A stretch of DNA of 63,749 bases, taken from Campylobacterales bacterium. Lineage in GTDB: Bacteria > Campylobacterota > Campylobacteria > Campylobacterales > JAABSR01. Of this stretch, positions 32,401-40,334 are shown in pieces. Position numbers and translations under genes: made by a program. Position 1 is the stretch's first letter; the number at the start of each line of letters is the position of its first letter. The stretch is taken from contig JAABSR010000001.1 in the NCBI GenBank assembly GCA_011390245.1, positions 1 to 63,749 of the forward strand, read 5' to 3'. The notes beneath the pieces were generated by a model. It searched no databases and was not told where the DNA came from. It saw nothing but the letters and a program-made list of their open reading frames with translations.

Positions 32401-32590
32401 CTCAGTTATCATGACCTACTTTGGAGTAAATTTCTATCTAAGTGGGCTACACTCATACGCAAAAGGAGATCCAGTGCCAGTTCCGCTATGGATATATATC
32501 ACAACTCTTGTGATTCTCTTTATGATTGTATTTTCATATTTTAGAAAAGAGATGGTAGAAAAAAGTATAGATAAAAATAACAGGGATTGA
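29459..32590 (+). CDS. ccsBA: System II cytochrome c synthase, fused CcsB(ResB)-CcsA
   Basis: 1043 aa; N-terminal ResB-like TM plus a large periplasmic domain; C-terminal CcsA with the WWD-type heme-handling motif WGRYWGWDPKETWAL. Fusion is typical of Helicobacter, Campylobacter and Wolinella. TTG start. Confidence 0.85.
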   Translation: MNNIVKILFSMRTTLFLLLVFAISIAIATFVENDYGTDSAKALIYNAKWFEFLLFILVINLIGNIKTHKMYRKEKMPIFLFHLSFIIIFVGAGITRFAGLEGTMSIREGETSNTMVSMQSYFQLKIENEQKRYTLNHPLLPSPLVDNSFSRDFEIEGKEYEVELVDYIVSATSDIKEIDNGEQIVSLALALGNSGRKDIALERGESLLFGEKSISFEDMQNLQSDFFIRVVDDSLHFSSGYKIGYYNLKSGEQGELQDNTLHKLEKEILYQSNNLNLVFKDYKKSGEKIYKAGNPKDMDIPDLFRFKLSSDDKEKEFEFFGKNGAYPSFISFDFDGLDFRAGFGSKVIELPFSIRLNDFQLERYPGSMSPSSYASEVSVIDDVNGEKFDYRIYMNHILEYMGYRFYQASYDVDEQGTILSVNKDFWGTMVTYFGYFVMGLGMFAALFSAKGRARKLYSSFSRAAPLFLALFLVFASTSLEANENNLEENIVKDITSIDKEHAKKFGNLITQDSGGRLKPIDTLAHEVLNKVSGQTEIFGLEASEILLGMVIRPNAWQNVKMIKISHPELKELLGLDKKDTRAAFVDFFDFSDGEMSYKLEELISSASRKRPAMQDKLDKDILKVDERLNISYMIFTGSLIRILPKPNDPNQKWYAPIEAFESFEEEDAKNTQTMIYSYFQSIDSAIESGNWEDSDKILAAIEKYQRFYGASVYPSEKKIKAEILYNKVNIFERLMPLYLFVGLILLTLSIIHIIKPVFNIKIASKISVALFGLGFILHTIGLGFRWYISGHAPWSDGYESMIYIAWATILAGFIFVRNSPIALSATGVLSGLTLFVAHLSWMDPQITNLVPVLDSYWLIIHVSMITASYGFLGLGALLGFIALLLYIIRNRTNFENITKSIKEISYINEISLIIGLVLLTIGNFLGGVWANESWGRYWGWDPKETWALVTIIVYAIVVHLRFVPNLNDKFIFNVASLVSFSSVIMTYFGVNFYLSGLHSYAKGDPVPVPLWIYITTLVILFMIVFSYFRKEMVEKSIDKNNRD

Positions 32591-32644
32591 TTCCATTGGT
32601 ATAATATTTGCTAGTAATCTTTAAAATCCACAGAAGGAAAATGC

Positions 32645-32797
32645 ATGGAGATTGCTGTTGCAATAGTTGGCTCTTTGATTGTTATCACAATCATCAAGCT
32701 ATCTCTATCAGAAAAAAAGATAGAGAAGGAGTCTTCAGATCGTGACTGCTTCTCTATAAAAAATATAAAATATACGATAATGGATAGAGAGCTTTAA
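32645..32797 (+). CDS. Possible 50-aa single-pass membrane peptide
   Basis: ATG 32645 is preceded by AAGGA at 7 nt. Product MEIAVAIVGSLIVITIIKLSLSEKKIEKESSDRDCFSIKNIKYTIMDREL. The 3' end overlaps the convergent gene by 4 nt. Weak. Confidence 0.2.
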   Translation: MEIAVAIVGSLIVITIIKLSLSEKKIEKESSDRDCFSIKNIKYTIMDREL

Positions 32798-34878
32798 AAT
32801 TTAAAATACTCACTTTTTGGTGATATTTCTCTTTTTGGCTTACCTATAAAATAGCCTTGTGAAAAGTCAACACCAAATCCTATGACACTCTTTAGTACAT
32901 CTTTTGAGTGCACAAATTCAGCTACAGTTTTAATACCCATCTCTTGAGAAAATTTGACTATTGTTTTTGAAATAATCTGTGAATTCTCATCCACATCTGA
33001 ATTTTTGATAATTGAAGCATCTATTTTTATATAATCTATGTTTAGCTTTAGTATATGTGCAAAATTTGAGTATCCACTACCAAAATCATCTATAGCAACT
33101 TTGCAACCCATGCTTTTGACTACATTTATAAATTCTGCTACCTCTTCGTAGTTCTCAATACCCTCAGATTCCAATACTTCAAAAATTAGCCTATTTGAGT
33201 TGTTGTATTTTTTTATATTTTCCACTATAAAATCTACATTATTTTGATTTAAAATATCCTCTATAGATAGATTTACAGAAAAAGAGTGAGGGCTATCTTT
33301 GAATGTATCAAAAGCATCACCTACCATTAATTTTGTTATTTTTTGATAGAGACGAGACTTTTTTGATATATCCAAAAAAAGATATGGTGAGTATATTGCA
33401 CCATCTTTACCAATAAGTCTCACCAAACACTCATACTTGCTTATCTCCATGCTTTTATTATCCATTATTGGTTGAAAAAATGATACTACCCTCTCCTCTT
33501 CAAGAGCACTTTTTAGCATATTTATCCACTTGAAATTCTCTTCATAATTTTCAATAGCCATCATTGAATCATCATACATCAAAAATGGATTTCTACTCTT
33601 TTTTGCTCTTTTAAGTGCTATATCAGCTCTTGGCATTAGATCTTTTGAGCTACCATGTGCTACACCGACGGTTACACCCACATGAATCTCTTGACCTTTT
33701 TGCACGAAGGCATTTCTTTCAACACTATCATGTATATCTTTTGCAATATTTTCAACCTCAACATCATCTTTACCACATGAGTTGCAAAAGAGGGCATACT
33801 CATCAGCTTGAAGTTTGTACAACATAAAACCAGTATCTGAAGAGAGATTTTTTAGTTTATTTGCAACCTCTTTGATAACATAATCACCAAATTCAGTACC
33901 ATAGAAGTCATTTATCTCTTTAAAAGAGTCGATGTTTATAAGCATAAGTATTGCATCTTTTGAGCTAAAAGCATCCTTTAAAAGCTTCAATCTATTTGGA
34001 AGTGATGTAAGCTCATCTATATAGAGTTGATCTTTTAACTCTCTGTTTTTATCTTTTAGCTCAATATTTAGCTCTTCTAATTTTCTTCTATTATTTTCTA
34101 GCTCTAGTTCATACCATTTTCTAGCGGAAATATCCAAAATATTTAAAACATAGACTCTGTTTCCTTGATAGTTTATTGGATTTATGGCTAGTTCTATATG
34201 TTTGATCTCTCCATCTTTAGTTGATATCTTTATCTCTTTAAGAGAAGAGAGATCATTGATTGAGTTAACCTTATTCATGCTTTCGTTATTTGCTTTGATA
34301 AACTCTATAAAATCAAGCGAAGAGAGCTCTTCATTTCGATAGCCTGAAATATCTGTAAAAGCACTATTTGCATAAGTTATATTTTCATTAAAAAGTGCAA
34401 TACCAGCAGGTGAATTCTCAGAGACAACTTTTAGAAGATTCTCTTTATCTATTACATCTGATTTTATCCTCTCAAAATCAAGCGCTAATATAGCTTTGTC
34501 TATTTGAAAAACAAGCTTTTTGTCATTTATAGGCTTTACCACATACCCATCTATGCCAATATTTATCGCTTCTAGCAAAAGCTCACTACTATCAAATGCA
34601 CTTGAGATAATTATAGGTGTCTTTGGATTTAAGTCTTTGATCATTTTTGCCATTCTCAAGCCATTAAGCTTTGGCATGACAACATCACTCACCACTAAAT
34701 CAGGAGAGTACTTTTTAAACTTCTCTAGCCCATCCTCGCCATCAATAGCAGGGATCACCTCTTTAAATCTTCTACCCAAAAAATCAACTAGCGTCTCTCT
34801 AACTATATCCTCATCTTCAACACAAAGTATAGAGAAATCTTTCAACTTAGTAATCTTCTTTGCTGGCAAACTCTCCAA
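32794..34878 (-). CDS. Response regulator with REC-PAS-GGDEF(degenerate)-EAL architecture (probable c-di-GMP phosphodiesterase)
   Basis: 694 aa; REC (VEDED, VVSDVVMP, KP). The GGDEF site reads QADEY. EAL motifs are intact (EVLES, DDFGSGYSN, KIDAS, QGYFIGKP). Confidence 0.85.
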   Translation of the reverse strand: MESLPAKKITKLKDFSILCVEDEDIVRETLVDFLGRRFKEVIPAIDGEDGLEKFKKYSPDLVVSDVVMPKLNGLRMAKMIKDLNPKTPIIISSAFDSSELLLEAINIGIDGYVVKPINDKKLVFQIDKAILALDFERIKSDVIDKENLLKVVSENSPAGIALFNENITYANSAFTDISGYRNEELSSLDFIEFIKANNESMNKVNSINDLSSLKEIKISTKDGEIKHIELAINPINYQGNRVYVLNILDISARKWYELELENNRRKLEELNIELKDKNRELKDQLYIDELTSLPNRLKLLKDAFSSKDAILMLINIDSFKEINDFYGTEFGDYVIKEVANKLKNLSSDTGFMLYKLQADEYALFCNSCGKDDVEVENIAKDIHDSVERNAFVQKGQEIHVGVTVGVAHGSSKDLMPRADIALKRAKKSRNPFLMYDDSMMAIENYEENFKWINMLKSALEEERVVSFFQPIMDNKSMEISKYECLVRLIGKDGAIYSPYLFLDISKKSRLYQKITKLMVGDAFDTFKDSPHSFSVNLSIEDILNQNNVDFIVENIKKYNNSNRLIFEVLESEGIENYEEVAEFINVVKSMGCKVAIDDFGSGYSNFAHILKLNIDYIKIDASIIKNSDVDENSQIISKTIVKFSQEMGIKTVAEFVHSKDVLKSVIGFGVDFSQGYFIGKPKREISPKSEYFKF

Positions 34879-34880
34879 AG

Positions 34881-35627
34881 TTAACTTCTCTCTTTTTCAA
34901 GTCTTTTCTCTTCATAGCTTATCTCTCCCTCAAGATTATATTCTGCTATAAAACTTGAGATATAACCATCTAGATTTGATGTTGCAAAATACTCAATAGT
35001 CACCTCATTTAAAATATCCTCTGGATGAATTTCAACAATCCCTTCTATCAAAGATATATCTTTGGATGATAATTTTATATACTCTATAAGAGCCTTTGCT
35101 ATCATTACAAAATCTCTTCTATTTTTTATAATAATATTTTTTAGTGGTATTGTATTGTATTTGGTTGCATTTATAGTATGTAGGTAGTGTTTGATTACAT
35201 CCATAGAGCTAGATTGCAAAAAACCCTCATCAATATTTAGACCAAACATTAGGTCTCTATTGATTCCAATTGTTCTATTTTTGAAAATATATGGAAGTGA
35301 GTTTAAAGCCCTCTCTTCATCCAATCCAAAAGCTTTGATAAGTAGATCAATCTCTGTACTAAACTTTTCTATATCTTCATTTATATTTATAATTACTCTA
35401 TTTTTGTTATCTATTATCTTATTTTTCTCTGCAATCTCATCTTGTAGTTCTTTTACCATCTGCTTTAGAGTATTCATCCTTTTAAGAGCATACTCTAGCT
35501 CATTTTTGAGCCTACTATTCTCTTTACTCAGGATACTATTTTCCGAATCCAAATTTCTACTATCACTTTTTAGTCTAACTACATAATCATTTACACTTCT
35601 AGGTGAGGTAACTCTATTCATATTCAA
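34881..35627 (-). CDS. Hypothetical coiled-coil protein, first gene of the operon with the REC-GGDEF-EAL gene
   Basis: 248-aa ORF ending 2 nt before the downstream start. N-terminal heptad-rich region, C-terminal globular part, no motif recognised. Confidence 0.5.
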   Translation of the reverse strand: MNMNRVTSPRSVNDYVVRLKSDSRNLDSENSILSKENSRLKNELEYALKRMNTLKQMVKELQDEIAEKNKIIDNKNRVIININEDIEKFSTEIDLLIKAFGLDEERALNSLPYIFKNRTIGINRDLMFGLNIDEGFLQSSSMDVIKHYLHTINATKYNTIPLKNIIIKNRRDFVMIAKALIEYIKLSSKDISLIEGIVEIHPEDILNEVTIEYFATSNLDGYISSFIAEYNLEGEISYEEKRLEKERS

Positions 35628-35681
35628 AAGTCCTATATTGTCTTATAAATTTTATATTATAATAGTGCCATAATATTTCTT

Positions 35682-35713
35682 AGTGGTGACAAAAGTGAAG
35701 TTTTAGTGAAGTT
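35682..35713. promoter_or_regulatory. AGTGAAGTT direct repeats with 11-bp period upstream of the 34881-35627 operon
   Basis: AGTGAAGTT at 35694-35702 and 35705-35713, with a degenerate third copy AGTGGTGAC at 35682-35690. Confidence 0.3.
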
Positions 35714-35759
35714 CCCAAAAAGAGGTGGGATTCTCTTGTTGGGTATTTTAATTTTTTAG

Positions 35760-36368
35760 CTATTTATCTTTTTTGACATCCTCTACTTTGATAGCCTCTA
35801 CTTCTAGTGTGATTTTTACAGTATCTCCAACTAGCAACTCTCCAGTCTCTAGCGTCTTACTCCATGTCAAACCAAAATCTTTTCTATCTATCTCTCCCTC
35901 AAGTGTAAATCCCATCCTAGTATTTCCCCATGGATCTTTTGCTACACCGCCAAAATCTAACTCAAAAACTACCTCTTTTGTGATGCCTTTAATCGTAAGG
36001 TCACCTACCATTTTATCGCCATCATGCTTTTTCATCACAAAATTCATCTTTGGAAACTTCTCTACATTAAAGAAATCCTCCGCCCTTAAGTGATCATCTC
36101 TTTTTTGATTTTTTGTATCTATTGAAGCAACATCAACAATGCCCTCTAGCTTGTTAAATTTACTTTTCTCTAGATCATAATCAATAGCTCCATCAAACTC
36201 ATCGAAATAGCCTTTTGTGTAGCTAATCATCATATGCTTTATCTTAAAGCCAACAGTAGTATGTGGGACATCTAGCTTGAACTCCGTAGCACTTAAAGAG
36301 ATAGCACTAAATGCAAAAAGAGCAACCAAAAACCTGAAAAATTTTGTAAAAATCATAAAAACCTCCAT
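35760..36368 (-). CDS. YceI-family periplasmic polyisoprenoid-binding protein
   Basis: 202 aa; signal peptide; YceI-like pattern (HTTVGFKIKH, G.F..F.G, RD.HL...DFF). Confidence 0.8.
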   Translation of the reverse strand: MEVFMIFTKFFRFLVALFAFSAISLSATEFKLDVPHTTVGFKIKHMMISYTKGYFDEFDGAIDYDLEKSKFNKLEGIVDVASIDTKNQKRDDHLRAEDFFNVEKFPKMNFVMKKHDGDKMVGDLTIKGITKEVVFELDFGGVAKDPWGNTRMGFTLEGEIDRKDFGLTWSKTLETGELLVGDTVKITLEVEAIKVEDVKKDK

Positions 36369-36426
36369 GTATTAAATATAAAAAAACATCCTATCAAAAA
36401 ATTACAAATGCAAAGTAAATAAAAAC

Positions 36427-37824
36427 CTATTTTTCCTCTCTAAGCCTCTCTATAAGACTCTCCAGCCTCTTAATAGTAATATTTTTACCCAAAATAGACA
36501 TAATATCAAAAACTGATACCCCCATTGGTGAACCAGTCAATGCAAACCTTAGAGGCTGAAAATATTTAGAGATTTTTAGCTCTTTTTTCTCAAAGTATTG
36601 ATGTAGTAACTCCTCATAATCAATTGGCAGATTGAAAGCTTTTAGAGAATCTACAAGATGGATTTTTATACCTTCAAGATTTGATATTACATCATCTTTA
36701 GCAAATTTTTCACAGCTTTTTTGCTCATATTCATTTGGTTCATAAAGTATTCCTTTTGCAACTATTGCAAGTTCTTTGATAGTTTTTGCTCTATCTTTTA
36801 CACTATTTAGCAGTATCTCTTTTTTGTCATGGCTAGCCAAAAAGAGCTCATATCTCTCTAGCTCACGAGCCAGCTTATCATTGCTTGAATTTTTTATGTA
36901 GTGAGAATTTAGCCACAATAGCTTCTCTTGGTTGTATGCTGAGGCTGATTTGTTGATATCTTTTGGACAAAATAGCTCACACATCTCTTTCATATCAAAA
37001 ATCTCTTGATCTCCATGCGACCAACCAAGCCTTACTAGAAAATTTAGTAGTGCTTCAGGAAGATATCCCTCTTTTTTATAATCCATAACATCAGTAGCAC
37101 CATCTCTTTTTGAGAGCTTTTTGCCATCAGGATTTAAGATCATAGGCACATGATAAAACATTGGCAACTCAAAACCTAAAGCATTGTATATAATTATCTG
37201 CTTTGGTGTGTTTGAGAGGTGATCATCACCCCTAATAACATCACTTACATTCATAAGAGCATCATCAATTGCTACTACAAAGTTATATGTTGGAGTTCCA
37301 TCGCTTCTTGCTATAATAAAATCATCAAGCTCTTTTACATCTATGGCAATTCTTCCCTTCACGCCATCCTCAAACTCTACCATTCCTTCAAGCGGAGCTT
37401 TGATTCTCACAACTGGAGCTATACCCTCAGGTGGGATTCCATAAAAATCTCTATATCTATTATCATATTTTGGTTTCTCACCTTTTGCTTGGAGCTCCTC
37501 TCTTAGGATATCTAGCTCCTCTTTGCTCATGTAGCAATAGTATGCTTTCCCATCATCTAAAAGTTTTCTAATATACTCTTTGTAGATATCAAATCTAGCA
37601 GACTGATATACAACTTCTCCATCAAAATCTAAACCAACCCACTCAAAGGCCTCTACTATTGCTCTCATTGCCTCTTGCGAGTTTCTAGCCAAATCAGTGT
37701 CTTCAATTCTTAAAAGAAATCTCCCACCATTTTTTCTAGCCCAAAGATAGCTAAAAAGTGCAGTCCTTAGACCGCCTATATGCAGGTAACCTGTAGGGCT
37801 TGGTGCAAATCTTGTTATAACCAT
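36427..37824 (-). CDS. gltX: Glutamate--tRNA ligase
   Basis: 465 aa; HIGH motif (PSPTGYLHIGG), KMSKS variant KLSKR. Confidence 0.92.
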   Translation of the reverse strand: MVITRFAPSPTGYLHIGGLRTALFSYLWARKNGGRFLLRIEDTDLARNSQEAMRAIVEAFEWVGLDFDGEVVYQSARFDIYKEYIRKLLDDGKAYYCYMSKEELDILREELQAKGEKPKYDNRYRDFYGIPPEGIAPVVRIKAPLEGMVEFEDGVKGRIAIDVKELDDFIIARSDGTPTYNFVVAIDDALMNVSDVIRGDDHLSNTPKQIIIYNALGFELPMFYHVPMILNPDGKKLSKRDGATDVMDYKKEGYLPEALLNFLVRLGWSHGDQEIFDMKEMCELFCPKDINKSASAYNQEKLLWLNSHYIKNSSNDKLARELERYELFLASHDKKEILLNSVKDRAKTIKELAIVAKGILYEPNEYEQKSCEKFAKDDVISNLEGIKIHLVDSLKAFNLPIDYEELLHQYFEKKELKISKYFQPLRFALTGSPMGVSVFDIMSILGKNITIKRLESLIERLREEK

Positions 37825-37851
37825 AATGTTAAGTTCCTTAAAAGTATTTTC

Positions 37852-38000
37852 ATTTTTATGATTGTACTAAAATTTTGCATAAGATATAATAGCCCTAAGA
37901 GTTAAAACATAAAGGGTGGATGCCATTTTTTATGGTTGTACTAAAATTTTGCATAAGATATAATAGTCCCAAGAGTTAAAACATAAAAGGAGGATGCCAT
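37852..38000. repeat. Tandem duplication, units of 74 and 75 bp (about 92 percent identical), each carrying a TTGTAC-N17-TATAAT promoter
   Basis: Unit 1 about 37852-37925, unit 2 about 37926-38000. The -35/-10 pairs are at 37862-37867/37885-37890 and 37936-37941/37959-37964. I count 5 substitutions and 1 indel. Only the proximal unit has the strong SD AAGGAGG; the distal unit has AAGGGTGG. Confidence 0.8.
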
Positions 38001-38001
38001 T

Positions 38002-38364
38002 TTGAAGATAATATTAATATTGATAATATCTATGTTTTTATATGCGGATGAAAATGTGGATTCACAAAAAGTTGGCGATTATGAAAAAGGGAGAACTTTC
38101 TATTTTCATCTTTTTAGAGAATCACTTGGATATGATGGTGTTGTATTTACCGCAAGGCACAAAGAGCTAGAGTGGGCAAAGATGTTTGAAGATGATGCAA
38201 GAGAGTTTAAAGAATATCTAGTAAATGAAAATAGCGACCTAAAAGAGTTACTATATAGTGAAAAATTTGACAAAAGTATCAAGAATCACATGGAAGCTTT
38301 TGTAAGGCACTATGCAAACGATACAGGCAATATACCAATTTGTGGCAGTTTTGAGTTTGAGTAA
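38002..38364 (+). CDS. Small secreted hypothetical protein (no heme motif)
   Basis: 120 aa; signal peptide MKIILILIISMFLYA; TTG start 7 nt after AAGGAGG; no CXXCH. Confidence 0.5.
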   Translation: MKIILILIISMFLYADENVDSQKVGDYEKGRTFYFHLFRESLGYDGVVFTARHKELEWAKMFEDDAREFKEYLVNENSDLKELLYSEKFDKSIKNHMEAFVRHYANDTGNIPICGSFEFE

Positions 38365-38397
38365 TAAAAATTAATCAATCAACGCTAGGAGATTAAA

Positions 38398-39747
38398 ATG
38401 AAAAAAGATAGCAGCATTACAAGAAGGGATATCATTAAAGCTACTGCATTGCTTGGAGTAACAGCTACATTTGGTGGTTGCTCATTAAGCAAAGAAGATA
38501 TAAAAAGAGATGCTCCTTTTATCAAAAAAGGAAAGAAAAAGAGAGTTGTGATATGTGGAGGTGGATTTGGAGGACTAAGCGTAGCAAAATCTCTAGCTAC
38601 CTCAGATGTTGATGTTGAAATTATAGTTATAGAAAAAAGAGTTGAATTTTTCTCTTGTCCTTATAGTAATGCTTGGCTTGGGGAGGTAGAGGGTGCTACT
38701 TATCAAAAATTAGTATATGACTACTTTACCCCATCCTTAAAGTATGGATATGAAGTAAAAAATGCAGAAGTGCTTGGGATTGATAAAAAAAATAGAAGAG
38801 TAGAGAGTACCATAGGTGATATTGAGTATGACTATTTGGTACTATCACCAGGGATTGATTATAACTACAATACGCTTTTTAGCGATAAGGAGAAACAAGA
38901 GGAGTGCTATAAGAGATTTCCACCTGCATTTAAAGCCAATGGAGAGCATATTTTTCTAAAAAAATCTTTAGAAAATTTTAAGGGTGGAACTTTTGTGATG
39001 AATGTACCTAGTGGAACCTATAGATGCCCACCCGCTCCTTATGAGAGAGCATGTATGATTGCAAGCTATCTTAAAAATAATAACATAGATGGGAAAATTT
39101 TACTTCTAGATTCTAGGACTTCACCAGCTGCAAAACCTCATGGTTTTTTACGCTCTTTCAAAGAGTTGTATAGTGACTATATAGATTATGTACCATCATC
39201 AAAAATATATGATATAGATCTGAACAAAAACAGTGTAAAATATGAAATGTTTGATAAAAAAGCTCTTGACTTTGTCAAAAAAGAGATAGATTTTGGGGCT
39301 GCAAACATAAACCCTTCGCATGTAGCTTCAAAACTTATTGAGATAGCAGATATAAAAATAGATGGAAATGGATGGGCACTACTAAAAGAACCAGGATATA
39401 TATCTGCAAGTGATGATAGAATCTATGTCCTAGGCGATGCACAAGGAGAGTATCCATTTCCAAAAAGTGGGCAAATGGCAAGCTCTTGTGGTTATATAGT
39501 TGGTAAATCAATATCTAGCAGAATCCAAGACATTAAATTTGATTATGCTAAAAATCTCCCAGGAAATGTGTGCTACTCGTTGGTAAATACCAACCCAAAA
39601 GAGGGTATAGTTGTACATCATAGTGTAACTTACAATACAAAAGATGGAATGAAAGTAGAAGCAATAGACACAAAAAAAGGAGATCAAATAACTGGAGAAG
39701 CCACTACTTTGTGGTTTGAGGGCATCATGGGAGACCTGCTAGGTTAA
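38398..39747 (+). CDS. Tat-exported FAD-dependent oxidoreductase, flavocytochrome c sulfide dehydrogenase flavoprotein-like (FccB/SoxF-like)
   Basis: 449 aa; twin-arginine signal ITRRDIIKATALLG with a possible lipobox FGGC, GGGFGG dinucleotide fold, YRCPPAPYERA motif, late GD motif (YVLGDA). Confidence 0.7.
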   Translation: MKKDSSITRRDIIKATALLGVTATFGGCSLSKEDIKRDAPFIKKGKKKRVVICGGGFGGLSVAKSLATSDVDVEIIVIEKRVEFFSCPYSNAWLGEVEGATYQKLVYDYFTPSLKYGYEVKNAEVLGIDKKNRRVESTIGDIEYDYLVLSPGIDYNYNTLFSDKEKQEECYKRFPPAFKANGEHIFLKKSLENFKGGTFVMNVPSGTYRCPPAPYERACMIASYLKNNNIDGKILLLDSRTSPAAKPHGFLRSFKELYSDYIDYVPSSKIYDIDLNKNSVKYEMFDKKALDFVKKEIDFGAANINPSHVASKLIEIADIKIDGNGWALLKEPGYISASDDRIYVLGDAQGEYPFPKSGQMASSCGYIVGKSISSRIQDIKFDYAKNLPGNVCYSLVNTNPKEGIVVHHSVTYNTKDGMKVEAIDTKKGDQITGEATTLWFEGIMGDLLG

Positions 39748-39768
39748 GTAGGGGGGAACCTACTTTTT
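39747..39768 (+). terminator. Intrinsic terminator hairpin after the flavoprotein gene
   Basis: AGTAGG-GGGGAA-CCTACT followed by TTTT. It starts at the last base of the stop codon and sits between convergent genes. Confidence 0.55.
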
Positions 39769-39779
39769 CTTGATTTGTT

Positions 39780-40292
39780 TTATGCGATGCTTTTTAGTTT
39801 CTCATCACTTAGTGTAAGTTCAATATTACTCATAACTCCAATACCTCTATCAAGCACTTTTTGAGCAGTCTCTTGAGCTTGCTCCAATGAGTGCATTTTG
39901 TATGTTCCACACTGATACTCATTAAGCTCTGGGATTTTGTTTTGATCTTTGAAATTTACAATATCTTCCATAGATTTTTTCCATGCCTCTATCACTTTCT
40001 CTTCTTGTGGAGAGCCAATAGTGCTCATATAAAATCCTGTCCTACAGCCCATAGGTGAGCAGTCAATTATCTCAACTGAGCCATCATCTAGATGCTCTCT
40101 AATAAATCCAGCAAAAAGATGCTCTAGAGTATGGATTCCTTTCTCAGTAATCTGATCTCTATTTGGTTTACAAAATCTCATATCATAAACAGTTATCACA
40201 TCTCCATTTTTTGTCTTCATGGTCTTAGCAACCCTCAAAGCAGGTGCACTCATCTTTGTGTGATCCACTTTAAACGAATCTAATAATGGCAT
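39780..40292 (-). CDS. luxS: S-ribosylhomocysteine lyase
   Basis: 170 aa; metal-binding HTLEH and the conserved Cys region [11 protein letters not shown]. Confidence 0.9.
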   Translation of the reverse strand: MPLLDSFKVDHTKMSAPALRVAKTMKTKNGDVITVYDMRFCKPNRDQITEKGIHTLEHLFAGFIREHLDDGSVEIIDCSPMGCRTGFYMSTIGSPQEEKVIEAWKKSMEDIVNFKDQNKIPELNEYQCGTYKMHSLEQAQETAQKVLDRGIGVMSNIELTLSDEKLKSIA

Positions 40293-40334
40293 AAAATCTC
40301 CTATAAAATAATGTGATAAAAAAAGAGGGGGAGA

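Noticed and set aside
39780-40292. luxS as evidence of a dedicated quorum-sensing locus.
   Set aside because: It is a single gene with no lsr-type transporter or receptor nearby. LuxS is also a housekeeping enzyme of the activated methyl cycle.
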